This document shows, in pieces, positions 19,181 to 31,210 of a stretch of DNA of 64,000 nucleotides. The stretch is from an uncultured virus (IMG/VR IMGVR_UViG_3300031087_000234) (taxonomy: Duplodnaviria > Heunggongvirae > Uroviricota > Caudoviricetes), in the IMG/VR virus record IMGVR_UViG_3300031087_000234, positions 1 through 64,000 of that record; one strand, written 5' to 3'. The position numbers and the translations under genes were made by a program. The notes under the pieces were generated by a model that saw only the letters and a list, made by a program, of their open reading frames with translations, searched no databases and was not told the DNA's origin. How positions within the stretch are numbered: the first letter of the stretch is position 1; each line of letters begins with the position of its first letter.

Positions 19181-20946
19181 TCACTTACTTAGTTGATAAA
19201 AGTTTTCAAACTGATCCCGAGTTACAATCTCAGGAGCACCAATAGTACCTGCCAGGAACGGAGGTTCCGGCATCATACGGTTGTTGATGAGACAATCTTC
19301 GCCTCGCATATAGATGCCAGTTGGAGTTTTGACAATAGTACCCTTGGTTTTAGTGGAGAACTTAATCTCTCCATCACGATCCCGCATTGCACACAATGCA
19401 CCCTCAGGCCAATCAAAACCAGCATTCATAATCTCTTGTACTAATTCCATTATTTCCTCCGTGCTAAATAGATAGTTAATCGGGTTAGAGGTCTAAAGAC
19501 AATGTAGATCAGCAAGAGAATAATCACCATCGGCAACCAAAATACAGCAGGCCAGAAGTTATTACTTGCTAAATCAACACACTTATCAGTATCCACATCA
19601 TTATCTGAGTTCTTCTGCTCATCATACAGATCCATCATATAAAATACAATCATAAAAAATGGAATCAGAATGACGTAGGTGAAGAAGGGGTGGAAAACCA
19701 CCCAATCAAAAATAATCATCGTACTACCAGTGGAGCGTGATCATCCTTAGGACGAGAGGCTAGGTATTCGTTGTACTTCTTGATACTCTCCAGGGCTGCT
19801 TCGCGGTAGGTGTTTGCTGTCTCTAATCTCCAACTAGGATCAGCTTCTACTTTGACAAGCTCCTGATAAAGGTTTTCATAATAAACATACATCACATCCC
19901 CATTGGACATATGATCGCCATTTGTTGCTACGATACGGAAAGAAGGGCAATCGCTATTATCGTCATCTTCAAGTTTAACAATATCCCCTCGAATCAGGCC
20001 ATCTTCCTGATCTCGAAGAATGAAGTTTCCATTTGGATCGAAACCATTATCTTTGCAGTAATCTTTAAACTGAGTCATATGTTCTCCTTAAATTTTGAGT
20101 TTAGAAGCCAGAGGCTTATCGTAGTTTGGGCTAAAGGTGTGTAGCTTGTCATAAGCATTAAACGCTGTACGCGATGCCTTAGGGCAGTGAAATACCTTGG
20201 CTTGATGCTCACCGTGCTCTTTTCCGCAGTGCAGGCACAGGTACTGAGTCTTATCGTTCATCTTTATTCTCCGATTCTACAACAGCCGCACGAACAGTAC
20301 GCACAACATCGCTGGTAATAGCACCACAAAAGAAAATCCAGATAAACGTAGAGTTTTCTACATTAGGGAAGAAAAGATACTGAGCAAGCAGCGCCATTGC
20401 TACCCATACTGCCATTCCCCACAGAAAGCCTTTAGTTTCTTTTTTCATTTGCTACTCCTTAGTTATTAGTGAAAGTTCCAAGAGTGTAAGGTGTTGCTCT
20501 TACTTTTCCAATGATGCCACATTCTGCATCCAAGAACAAGTACTTAATGTCAAAATAAATCTTATCCGTCATATCCTGCACGAATCGAGATCGAATCACT
20601 TTAAAATGATTACCTTTTTCCACGAAAGCCAGCTCTGAGTGTTTCATAGCTTCCATAAATGATTGATGGTTATCTTCGAAGTTACCGGACTCAGATTCAA
20701 GGTAACACAGTTGACCGTCTCTTGCAAAATAAATAATCATCGAATTGTCTCCGCAATACAAGCAAACGAAATAAGAGAACCCAAAAGAAACCAGATAGCC
20801 ACTAGGATTCTACATCCATCTTCCCACTGGAAGAGACTTAATGATAGCCACTCTCCCTGGATAATACAACCCATAAACCAAAGAAAGTAAGGAGGAACCA
20901 GTACAATCAAGGCCCAAATAAGGATGCAACCAAAGAATTCTTCCAT
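19181..20946 (-). other. Array of small hypothetical genes (19181-19450, 19450-19719, 19716-20078, 20251-20448, 20459-20740, 20737-20946), several membrane proteins
   Basis: Translational coupling, RBSs, hydrophobic segments. Confidence 0.7.
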
Positions 20947-21203
20947 TATTTTCCTCCTGTTTTATACTCGTCAAAGCATCCAAGCAACGTCATACCGCCT
21001 TGGCTGGTAATTAGGGCATACTGGCAACCTGTCTTGTGATCGGTAATAACGTAGTCCACCCAACCAGACACCCGCTGCTGTTCCATACGTCCTGCTTGGA
21101 AACTACCGTTCTGTAGTGGATCAATTGATGTTGCTCCACCGCTATCTGCATCAGAACAAGCAGTGATACACAGTAAAGCAATACCCATAATAATCTTTTT
21201 CAT
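20946..21203 (-). CDS. Putative lipoprotein
   Basis: MKK-hydrophobic-ITA/C lipobox. Confidence 0.6.
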   Translation of the reverse strand: MKKIIMGIALLCITACSDADSGGATSIDPLQNGSFQAGRMEQQRVSGWVDYVITDHKTGCQYALITSQGGMTLLGCFDEYKTGGK

Positions 21204-21842
21204 TTGAAACCCTCCCCTCGTAAGAAATCTTTTACTTTTTCAATACAGTTAAAAGTTTTGACTGTAAAGTAGTCCCAATGCCTGCCGTATGAACGAGGGT
21301 TATCCCCTTCCATCCATTTCTTCACGTAGAAATATTGCAAGCGTTCGTGTTGAATAACCTGATATCCATCCTTCTGCCAAAGAATCATTCTACCTCCCCA
21401 ATACTTTCTGCACTTCCATCCCAAGCGCCTATAACATCTTTCAGAACTGATCTTCTCTCACCGAAGTATTCAACCATTTCATCCAGAATATCATCTGTGC
21501 TGACAGAGTATCCAATAGTGTTTGCATCAGCACGGTTACAATAGATGCTCAGCCACTTGTGATATGTCATCCAGCGACCAACCATTATCGACGGAACCCG
21601 CGCTTACGCTCTGCAAGATTACGAGAGTAATTGCTACCATAATCCTTTCCACTATCCTTGTAGTAGAGTCCACGATCATCATCCTTAGATGAACGTTTCC
21701 CCATAGGGATCTCAACCACATATAACCGATTACCGAGTCCAGATGCATCTGTTGTTGTAATCTGCTTTAAGCTACTCATAATCACCTCTCTTGTTTAGAC
21801 AAAAGCATCTTACCTAACCGAGAGATGAGATGCAAGCATTAT

Positions 21843-22424
21843 TTATAAACTTAATGAGAAATCTTCGGACAAGTCATCACTCATTTCCTGAGTAAAGCCG
21901 ATATAGTAGAGCGTTGCAGCCGGAGAAGTCTGACCTAATAGTTTAGTGATCCTTTCGATAGGTACACCGTTCTCAAACAGAATTCTTCCTTTGCTCTTGC
22001 GTGGAGTATGAGTTCCCACTTCTAGTAAACCGCTTCTACGTCCTGCTTTGCCATAAGCTTCCAGTACTGGATTATGACTAATAGGAGCGCCCTTGGATCT
22101 CTTATCGGATAATGAGAATACATATTCTCCGAACATCTCTCGTCCAGAAGCCTCTTCAAGACGCTCTGAAACAATCTGACGCATCGTGTCTGTAATCAAC
22201 ACCTTCAAGTTCTTGCCTGTCTTTTGTTGCTTAAGGTGGACGTGTGTTGCTGATAAGGAAAAGTCACTCCACTTCAAAGACACAGCATCGGAGAATCGCA
22301 AGGCTGTTTCGTACTGCATAACCCACAAACCGTAGAACAGATTGGTTGCACGATTATCCTTGAGGATCTTCGCTACCTTCTTAACATCTGTTATAGATTT
22401 GAGTGACGCTACAGCTTTACCCAT
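21843..22424 (-). CDS. Tyrosine recombinase/integrase (catalytic domain only)
   Basis: ALRFSD, KTGK, HTPRK, LLGQ, YYI. Confidence 0.85.
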   Translation of the reverse strand: MGKAVASLKSITDVKKVAKILKDNRATNLFYGLWVMQYETALRFSDAVSLKWSDFSLSATHVHLKQQKTGKNLKVLITDTMRQIVSERLEEASGREMFGEYVFSLSDKRSKGAPISHNPVLEAYGKAGRRSGLLEVGTHTPRKSKGRILFENGVPIERITKLLGQTSPAATLYYIGFTQEMSDDLSEDFSLSL

Positions 22425-22460
22425 TTTGATTCTCCTTTCAAGTTGATGTAAGTAATATAC

Positions 22461-22715
22461 TTACTCTTGAACCTCATAGCAAGAGAAATTATAAATATTC
22501 CTCACCCGATTTGTATCTGCATCCAGGAAAGTAGCCCTGCCATTGTCCCAAGAAATCTCTCCCTTGTAGTGGAAACTATAAACGTAGTTGGTGTCAGTAC
22601 AAGCTAGCGTTTTGCTTCCGGCTGGGCCTTGAGTTGGGTTAGGCCCACATCCTGACAGAATAACTGCCAGTAAAGCAGCACCAATAATTTTAGTCATCTT
22701 CGGAACAGATTTCAT
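22461..22715 (-). CDS. Putative lipoprotein
   Basis: LLAVILSG/C lipobox; GAGGAGG RBS before 22715. Confidence 0.6.
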   Translation of the reverse strand: MKSVPKMTKIIGAALLAVILSGCGPNPTQGPAGSKTLACTDTNYVYSFHYKGEISWDNGRATFLDADTNRVRNIYNFSCYEVQE

Positions 22716-24340
22716 CAATACCATCCTCCTCTTCCTCGTAAGTTTTATCCACAGACTCAAAGGAGTGCAGAACATTATCAAAGTACCCGCCTGATTTCTC
22801 ATTTAAGGTGGCACAAGTTACACGGCTACCGGAATAAGAATCATTTTGAGACTCAGCATAGGCTTTAGCTACAGCAACCGCTGCATCCTCTTTATCATAC
22901 ATACCGAGAACACCTTCACTATGTTCCCAACCATCGCTCCAATCCCACCAAGCAATATAAATTTCCATAATAGGTTTCTCCTATCAGTTAATGTGTTTTT
23001 GAACGTAAGCTTTTATCAATTGCTCAAGCTCTGCGTTTGTGAATAGTGGAGGACTCTCTTGCATCAGCACTTCTTCCAAAGTCTTTCATCAATATACCCC
23101 TGCTCCACGATTTCCATTGTAGAAGTGGTTATCTGATAAATATCATTGGTGAGATGGTTAATAGCAAAGCTGACAGCCTCTTCCACTGAGTCAAAAGATT
23201 CCACGTAGTCCTTAGCACCGCCGCTAGGATAATAATTGTCAAAGGCAAACAGATGATATTTTTCCATTAGTCTACTCGCTCCACGATAGGAAGTAAATTA
23301 TTACCCAATGCACCAGCAACCCACAACCGGAAAAGATTGTGCTCTTTTCGTAACTCTTTGTCAACGCCTTTCATACCGTTGTGAATGTACACGGGTAATC
23401 CCATTTCGTTGATGATAAAGATAACGTAACCTTCCTCCCAAGCTTTGTTCAGAAAGCACATCTGAGAAGTGTGTACGTGATCACCATCTTTTGCTGCATC
23501 AAAAGCAAACTCGGTTTCACCGTAGCCTGTTAACAACTGTCCGTCCTTATAATCAGAGAACGGATAGAACATTGCCATTTTCATAACACCTCCTACCACT
23601 TAACAATAACATTTTCGATAACATCCGACTCGCTACGAGAGTACAGATACACAACTTCAAAACCAGCTACCTCCAGCATACGTTTATACGGCTCTAACTC
23701 TGATTTCTGGCGGTATCTAGCGTAATAAGGAGGATCAACTTGAAAGTGATCTTCTGGAGACAGGTAGACTTCGAATCGTCCACAGCCAGCCGCTGACTCT
23801 ATAGCACCAATAATATCAGCATTGATTTTATCTTTGTTAGCCTGGACAGACCGCTGACGTACTTCTTCTGCATTTACCAAAATTCCATCCCCCATTTATC
23901 CGTTACTTCAACACCCATTGCCACCTCGAAGGCCATACTGTACTGCCCTTTATTAAAGAACAGTTCAAACCTGTAGAAATGGTCGGGACACCTTTCTGAT
24001 GTAAACTCTGTCGTCACTCCTGTATTAGGATTGAAGATCTTAGCGACACCATTAATCAGGGAAACATCTTCCTCTCGGAAGATCTCCCCTCTTTGTAGTA
24101 GTTTGTATCGTAGCATAGTTATTCGAAAATCCAAACAAGAACACCAACAAAACACCCAAGAATGAAAGCAAACCTGACATTTTTCCAGTCAATGTTAAAG
24201 AAACCTTGGATAAACATATTCCAATCCCAATTAACAAAGCTGATACCAAAGAGAACAACAAAGGCTAGTGCAAGCAGCCCAATAACAAACGCCAAACCAA
24301 AAGCCACCACTACACTGATGTTATGTATCAGTCTAATCAT
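22690..24340 (-). other. Array of small hypothetical genes (22690-22968, 23064-23267, 23267-23584, 23593-23895, 23874-24116, 24119-24340)
   Basis: Tight packing and RBSs. Confidence 0.65.
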
Positions 24341-24349
24341 AAATCCTCC

Positions 24350-24811
24350 TTAGTAGAGTTCTGCCACTTCGTCAGAGAATCCGTAGTCATACAGCATAAT
24401 GGTTCCACGCGAGTTCACGCCGCAGTTTGTTGGGTAGTCGTGCATACCGATATCAGATGCATTCAGATATCCATACTTGTCATCCACAACTTCGATACGC
24501 CCTTCAAACTTATGGAAGGCAGCAGCTTGAAAACTACTCACCTTCTCCAGCTTTTCCATTTCAACCCAGAGGAAATCAGGGTGATGGTTAATGATCTTAG
24601 CATAACGCAGACGTTCACGCTTGTTCATCTTTTCATATAAGACAACTTCTGCTTCATTCTGCGCTACACCGCGCCAATCCTTAGCAAACTTAACGCAGGT
24701 GAAACCTGAAAGACTATCGTAAGCAACACGGCTGCTGCCCTCACCAATCTCTTCTCCGCGAGAAACCTGCATCATAACTTCTGAAATACGATCACGTAAA
24801 CGTTTAGCCAT
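24350..24811 (-). CDS. Minimal protein-kinase-fold protein
   Basis: IGEGSSRVAY Gly loop, VKFA Lys, NEAE, D-x-x-x-N (HDYPTN), LYDYG. Confidence 0.65.
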   Translation of the reverse strand: MAKRLRDRISEVMMQVSRGEEIGEGSSRVAYDSLSGFTCVKFAKDWRGVAQNEAEVVLYEKMNKRERLRYAKIINHHPDFLWVEMEKLEKVSSFQAAAFHKFEGRIEVVDDKYGYLNASDIGMHDYPTNCGVNSRGTIMLYDYGFSDEVAELY

Positions 24812-24849
24812 TCTTTCCTCCGTTCTACTCTAAAAAGGAGTGACCCACA

Positions 24850-27787
24850 TCACTCCACCTCTTGTTCGAATACTACTCTAACATTCTTCAATGTACCTGA
24901 CAAGTCCCGACCTTGTTTTTCTTTCAGTGCTTTCATTGCATCATCGAAAGTATCAAACGTTCGGTCGTAAGAATCACTGTAGCAGTGCTCTTGCAGCGTA
25001 TGCCAAAAGAAGAATCGCTTGTATTTTACCTGAAACGTCTGACGTTCATCGCCCCAAGTGAAGCAAACGATTTGATATTTCATTACTCCTCCTTCCCGTC
25101 GATGTTACCCAGGTAGATCATATTACCTGCATTCATTTCTTCATTCAGGTGCCGGAGGCTTGTAAAGTTAGATTGGCTACCGTTCTTACTCAGGCAAGCC
25201 AAGAAAGTTGCCTCTACATCTGAGCTACCTTCCTGTAAAACCAACATCTCTCCAGGGATACGGCAACCACTCTGCTTGGTGAATTGGAACACATCTCCGA
25301 AACGTACTTCGGTAATATGAACAGTAGTAGTGGTAACAACAGTCTCAGTCTTCTTCATTTATTTCTCCTTAGAAGTGGATTTCAAGTTTGTTTGTGCCAA
25401 CAGGTACTGCACGAGCACAACGCAGGGATTCAAAGTATCCGATGTAGCACAGATGGATCTGAGTTCGTTCACCTTCGGACGTTTCCAGCTTAATAGAAAA
25501 CTGCCAGTAATCCTTATCAGACAGCCAAGGCTTATCTACAATATCCTTCATAACCTCAGATTTAAAGCGGCGTCCTGTAGTGACAGTAGGATGAATACGA
25601 TCATTCCAAGCTCGATCATATTCCTCCGCGTAGCGGTAGTGCTCTTCGATTTCTACCAAAGCTTTTTCTACCAAATCAATGCTATCAAAGACCAAACCTA
25701 AGTCTTCGTTGTCACGATCTTCGTTACCAAAGGAATCACCAGTGGTGTAATCAATACGGATCTCATACTTCATCTTCTTCTCCTTTTACCGGATCGCCAT
25801 CCAGACTTCCAATATAGAGTAAGTTACCATCTTCGAGATTGGATTTCAAGAAAGAAAGTGTAACCACAGAGTCAATACCGTTAGACTGAGGGATTAGGTT
25901 GTATCGAGTAGAGCAAACACCGTAATTGTCAGGTACACTCTCTCCAATAACCAGAAGAGTGTTCTCGGTGTAGCAGCCAATGGGATTAACCACTTTGAAC
26001 ACATCCCCATACTCCGCAGCCACCATAACAGCTTTAGTTTTCATCTCAATCCTCCTCTTTAATGTTTAGCATCTCTAACACCCACTGGAGGGTATTACAT
26101 TGTGTCTGTAGTTGTAACCTAGCCTCTGATCCAAGTAGAGGGAAGGATGCTTGAGATAAGTCATCGTTTTTAACAGCATCAACCAATACAGAAAACCGCT
26201 TTTTAAATATCTCTGCTGCTTCTGGAGTACACTCTACACCAGTTGATCGACAAGGTAAAGCATAAACCTGAGAAATCAGCCTATCTCTGTCACGTTGATA
26301 GGCAGACTCTGAGGCTGCTTTGGCAATAATTAACTCTCGCTCTCGTTTTTGTTCTTCCACTTTAAAGATGAAAGAGAAGAGATTAGCACACTCTGTGGCA
26401 GTAAGAGAGGATGGAGAACTAGAATAACGAGCGTCACTCTCCCGATCATAGATCGAATACTGAGTACGAACTATTTCTAGCTTAACATCACCAATAATCA
26501 GACCATAACAAATTCTTCGGCTGTCCAATACAGAGTCCGTGCGTACTCTTGCTACCTCTACCGAACCATTCACAATACCTTCCTTGATCCTGGACAACAT
26601 CTCAGAGTCAAACTGAGATTTATCCTCGGCAGGGATAGGCTTAGTGGTACTATCGTTCAACCCTTTTAAGAAATTAATCACATATCCTCCTAAAACTCTT
26701 TATTGTCAACGTAGTATTGAATGGCCTCAGCTAATCCCATACCACCCAAACTCCAGCCGTTAATGCAAACATACGTATCAACGATGAATCTGTCAATGAT
26801 ATTACCATCATCATCGTGCTTTGTCCAAGCCATTTTCTCACGAGAAATGCTCACCTGGTTGTTGACGATGAAATCAAACATCTCCTCTTTTGTCAACATT
26901 TGCAAATCCTCCGTCCTACGCAAGGGACGTAGTGTGACGGCTTCTCTTCGACAAACTCCGCTCCGTCTTTGGTAATAGGTAGTACGATCAATTTTCCCGT
27001 CTGGAATTTATACTGCGCTTTCATCCTGGATTCCATACAAACCAGTGCCTCAACAGGACTCTGGTCATTATCTAGGATTTCCACCCAACGAGATTCAGTA
27101 CCGCTCTGCCATTCAATAACACACAGAAAATAATGTTTCATTTCTTTCTCCAAACAAAATCAGTACAGTAAGGATACACCAAGTAGACAGCATCGCCCTC
27201 ATCATCTTTGACAATAAATCCATCTGAATACACTTCACCTCCGCAGACGAAATCCTGATCACCGCCTCCGGCTAGAACTGTATACTCCTTACCTTCGGTG
27301 AAGCCAAAGAACACTGCTCCATCGCAGATCAACACCTCACCTTTCTTTACCAAATTGTTATCACTTGTTACTGTGTTAGTCATCGTTCCTCCTCAAGGCT
27401 TCGCCTTAGTAACGCTTTGCGGGAGGCTTTGCCTCTTCCCGCTACGCTTGTTGCATCCGTTTAATACTACCTTCACTCTTTTTCCCGAAAGTTTATCAGA
27501 ATGAGGTTGTAAGCGTCTTGCTCTGAAATGTTCCATTCCAAAGCTTTCTCTACCACCCAGATATCGTGGTCATAAGCTGTCACCTCTGCTTCCCAACACC
27601 AACAAGGATCTGGATGTTTATCTAGGTTGTTACAGTGGTTGATTGCTACTTGGCGTCTCTCCACCATATCAGACTTCTCTTTCTCCAGTGCTTCTCTTTC
27701 TGCTGGAAGTAATTTTCGAATGTGTTCATATCCTACCATCGCTTCGCTCCTCTTAACGTTCGGCACTTTGTGCCTCTCTTGTTGCAT
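24850..27787 (-). other. Array of hypothetical genes (24850-25083, 25083-25358, 25369-25773, 25763-26044, 26046-26681, 26690-26899, 26893-27141, 27138-27383, 27473-27787)
   Basis: Tight packing and GGAG RBSs. Confidence 0.7.
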
Positions 27788-27799
27788 CCGTTAGATCTG

Positions 27800-29250
27800 T
27801 ATGTGTACAATTTTCCGTACAGTCCCGAATATTTTGACGTGGCCCCTATGGTATACTTCCCGAAGAAAATATCAAGGGGTATTTCAATAGATTTTCCCTA
27901 TTAATAAACCAGTATTTAGCCATAATATTTCCCGCCCCTACCCCGAAAATTTTGACGCCCTCATTGCCTATAAATTGCCCCGAAAAGTATCGAGAAAACA
28001 GACAGACTGCCTAACGCGGAATTTTGCCCCCGCCTCATTTTCAGATTTCAAGCCGTTCAAATATCACAATAGATTCAATAGCTTAGAAATTATATCACAA
28101 TATCAGGAAGAAGTATATGATCATTTTGTGCTATCGTCCCATCTTCCCGAAAATACTATCATTTCTTTATTAATCAATAACTTAGAGAGTGGAGAATACC
28201 ATATACCACTTTCAAGCTCGAATCGTTCACTAATCAACCAGTATTCACCTGACAACAGCGCAGCGTTCACTACCACAAACCGCTGAAAAGTGCAATTTAT
28301 TCGGGATCTCAAAAAACGCACACTTTTACAGATAGACGCTCAGCATTTACCCCTAATCGGGGTATGCTTCTCGCCGCAAGATCATTCTACAAGTCTCTTG
28401 TAGACGCTCAACAACTAACGTTGTTTTCGTCCGCAAAAGTAACTGTGTTGATTATTAAATAAACAATAATAACGTTGTGTTATTGTCTCTTTGAGTGATG
28501 ATTGATGTTATGATGATTGTCAATGAGGCTGTGTAAACACAACAATATAATAACGGAAAGAAACGATAACGTTTCGGTAGGAACGTTTTCCGGTTCCCAC
28601 GAAGACACCGAAGAAAGCGAGAGCTTTTTGAGAGTGGTTTAGTTCCGTTATTATATTGTGCGTAAGGTGGAAGCCTCACGCCCAATAATGACACTGTGAA
28701 ATTATCTTTCCCGAAAATGATAACGCTTCGCAATGATTCTTCCCGAAATGATTTCGTTATGAAACATTAACGACATAACACATTTTCTAGTGTGTTTAGG
28801 TTGTTGATTGATTGTAAACTAGTGTAATCATTCCCGAAAGTTATTATCTCACTTTGAATAGTGTCAATGCACATAGTAACGTGTAGTTATTATTACTTAG
28901 TTATCAATAAGATAGATTATCATTATGTTGGTTATTGTTGTATTGTGTTACTATCTCACATTGTGATTATCCTTCTGTTAGTGTTGTTAGTTGATAGTTA
29001 TTATCACTTATTCACTATTATGCATAATTAGTCGTTAAGATGCATTAATGTTTGTTATCTCGTTGGATATGTGGGAAATGATAGATCATTGCACCTGCTA
29101 GGCTTCTTGTAACGCATTCTAAGAGGCTTTTACTGTTAGCTGTGTGTTGATATGGATTGAGAGAGATTCACCGTTTAAGCAGTTTTTGCATAAATACACT
29201 ATGACGGTTATTGATAGGTAAAATCTATTGGAAACTCGCAGACAAAATAA
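27800..29250. repeat. Non-coding block with 8 same-strand CCCGAA copies and a TTG/TTAT-rich low-complexity tract
   Basis: CCCGAA at 27824, 27859, 27942, 27979, 28146, 28710, 28742, 28833; no credible ORF. Confidence 0.7.
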
Positions 29251-29270
29251 AAGGGCTTTTCAGCCCCTTT
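29247..29270 (-). terminator. Terminator closing the early island
   Basis: GGGCT-GAAA-AGCCC-TTTT on the minus strand. Confidence 0.7.
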
Positions 29271-29738
29271 GTGTTTTTTGGTTTGCTTACATAAAGCCAA
29301 ACGCTTTACAAGCCTTATTTCTGCGTTCAATCACTTTTAGGATTGCTTCTAAATTCTGCTTTGTGATGTAGTTGCGATCCATTGCTTCCCGAACATTGAC
29401 GCGATAAGCGCCGAACCCTTCACGAATAATTAGGATGTTATCCAGTGGGGTGATCATTACTCCTGCAACGTTCTCAGACAAGAAAAGCGCGTTTACTTCA
29501 TACTCTATGTTTCCATCATTCACACTTTCGATCATAATGTCAGTGCGAACAGCCCAGGCGTAACAATCGTGAATCAGGGTTGTTTGATCTTGGGTTAATG
29601 TTCTGTTGCTGATTGCGTGAGTCAGAGCAGCCGCACCAAAAGTTTCCGCGATAGTGATAACATCGTTAAAGGTGGTGATAGCGAACATAATAAAACCCTT
29701 TTTGTTTGTGGGTTGCTGTATTGCTTCCCGATGAAAAG

Positions 29739-29768
29739 ATTATACGACAAAAGCCCCTTTCGGGGCAA
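29739..29768 (-). promoter_or_regulatory. sigma70 promoter with embedded hairpin
   Basis: TTGCCC-18-TATAAT overlapping GCCCC-GAAA-GGGGC. Confidence 0.7.
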
Positions 29769-30921
29769 GTGTTTTGATCATTTGTTTGTTATTCTTTTTC
29801 CAGCGGTTCAGCCTCATAACCTAGCGTTCTTATGTCAAACAATGCTTGATCAATCTCGTTGATCTTCTTCTGAAAGAATTCCCGCCGTGCTTGTAGCTTA
29901 TCATCTAGCTGTGATAGGGCTTGCGCTACTGTCTCGCCTTGTGCGTATACAGTGCCATTGTCACGCCCTGGCATATTGCCTGCTGATGCACTTGCAGACC
30001 AATAACCGCGCTTAGAGAAAAACACCTGAAAAGTGCTAACCTGGAAAACTTTTGTTTTTAATACGTGACAAAAACGGATCATTTTCTTTCGCCTTCTATT
30101 GCATCAATAAACGCGCTAACATCCATCGTAAAACCTAAAGCGCCAGCCCGCTTGCAAGGGAGATCGCGCAAATACTCTATATTGCCTTCCATTGCTATAG
30201 CTGTTTCAAGGTCTCTTAATGCTTTGTGCAAGATATGTGAATTCGGGTAGTCTCCTTGTTTCATTCTATCACCTCATAGCCAATTGTTTCACACCAGGAA
30301 AGCGCCTGATCTTTTGTCTGGAATCTTGCACCCTCTACCGCTTGATTTTCCCGATAGCCTGACATTATTTTCAGAGTATAATCAACCTTATTACGATAAC
30401 GATTAGTGATTATTTTTACTCTCATTATTTCCACGCTTTAATTGATCTTTCTAGCTTAGGAATGCTAACCTTTAAGGCTAACATTAAGTTAACTTGCTTA
30501 GGTGTCCAGGTATCTTGATCCTGCAATTCTTGATAACGCTTCTTATCATATGCTAATTGCTCTTTTTTCCTTTTCAGGGTTAATCTACCGTGCCAGGTAA
30601 AGCCGCTAATAGTGTTATTCATTTTATCACCTATGAAAGAAGAGCAAAAGAACCGCCAATGATGAAAGGAAGATCATAGCGGGTGAAACGCTTGTACCGC
30701 ATCCACTGAATGATCACAAAGGAAAGCAACTGTAAAGCGTCGATCACGTTGTTTGTGATGTTCACGCTTTCACTATTAAACATCATTTCGCCTGTTACGT
30801 TGAATGCAACGTTTGACACGTAAGCACAAACTACAGAGAACAAACAAGCCTTGATAAGGCTAGTCTTTGATAATGTCTTAATAATTGCTTTCATTTGTTA
30901 CACCATTTGAGCCAAAAACCT

Positions 30922-30950
30922 ATTATGCACTATTGCCCCTTTCGGGGCAA
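30922..30950 (-). promoter_or_regulatory. sigma70 promoter with embedded hairpin
   Basis: TTGCCC-17-CATAAT overlapping TTGCCCC-GAAA-GGGGCAA. Confidence 0.7.
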
Positions 30951-31181
30951 GCATTATCAATAAATGATTTTCTCGCAGGTCATAGCGTTATGATCTTTCA
31001 TTGACATAGTGATCGAACCTGTGCGGAGATCCCAATCAAGATTCAGCTTTTGTGCGTGAGTTATTTCGAATTGTCCGAGATTATGATAGGCGTAATACTT
31101 ACCTGATACGATTTCTAAGCCAGTGTGAGAGATTGAGATAGATTCTTGCATTTTGTTTTACTCTTTGATGGGTGAAATAAG

Positions 31182-31210
31182 ATAGTAACATTGCCCCCTT
31201 TCGAGGGCAA
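31182..31210 (-). promoter_or_regulatory. sigma70 promoter with embedded hairpin
   Basis: TTGCCC-17-TACTAT with TG extension; hairpin TTGCCCTC-GAAA-GGGGGCAA. Confidence 0.7.

Noticed and set aside
21843..22424. Prophage or temperate lifestyle inferred from the recombinase
   Set aside because: No repressor, att site or host flanks are present; the whole window looks like a lytic phage.
27975..28733. ORF-track entries 27975-28286, 28121-28321 and 28455-28733
   Set aside because: No RBS, atypical composition, and they lie in the repeat-rich non-coding block.
27800..29250. Possible CRISPR array or mini-array
   Set aside because: Repeats are only 6-9 bp and irregularly spaced, and no cas genes are present.
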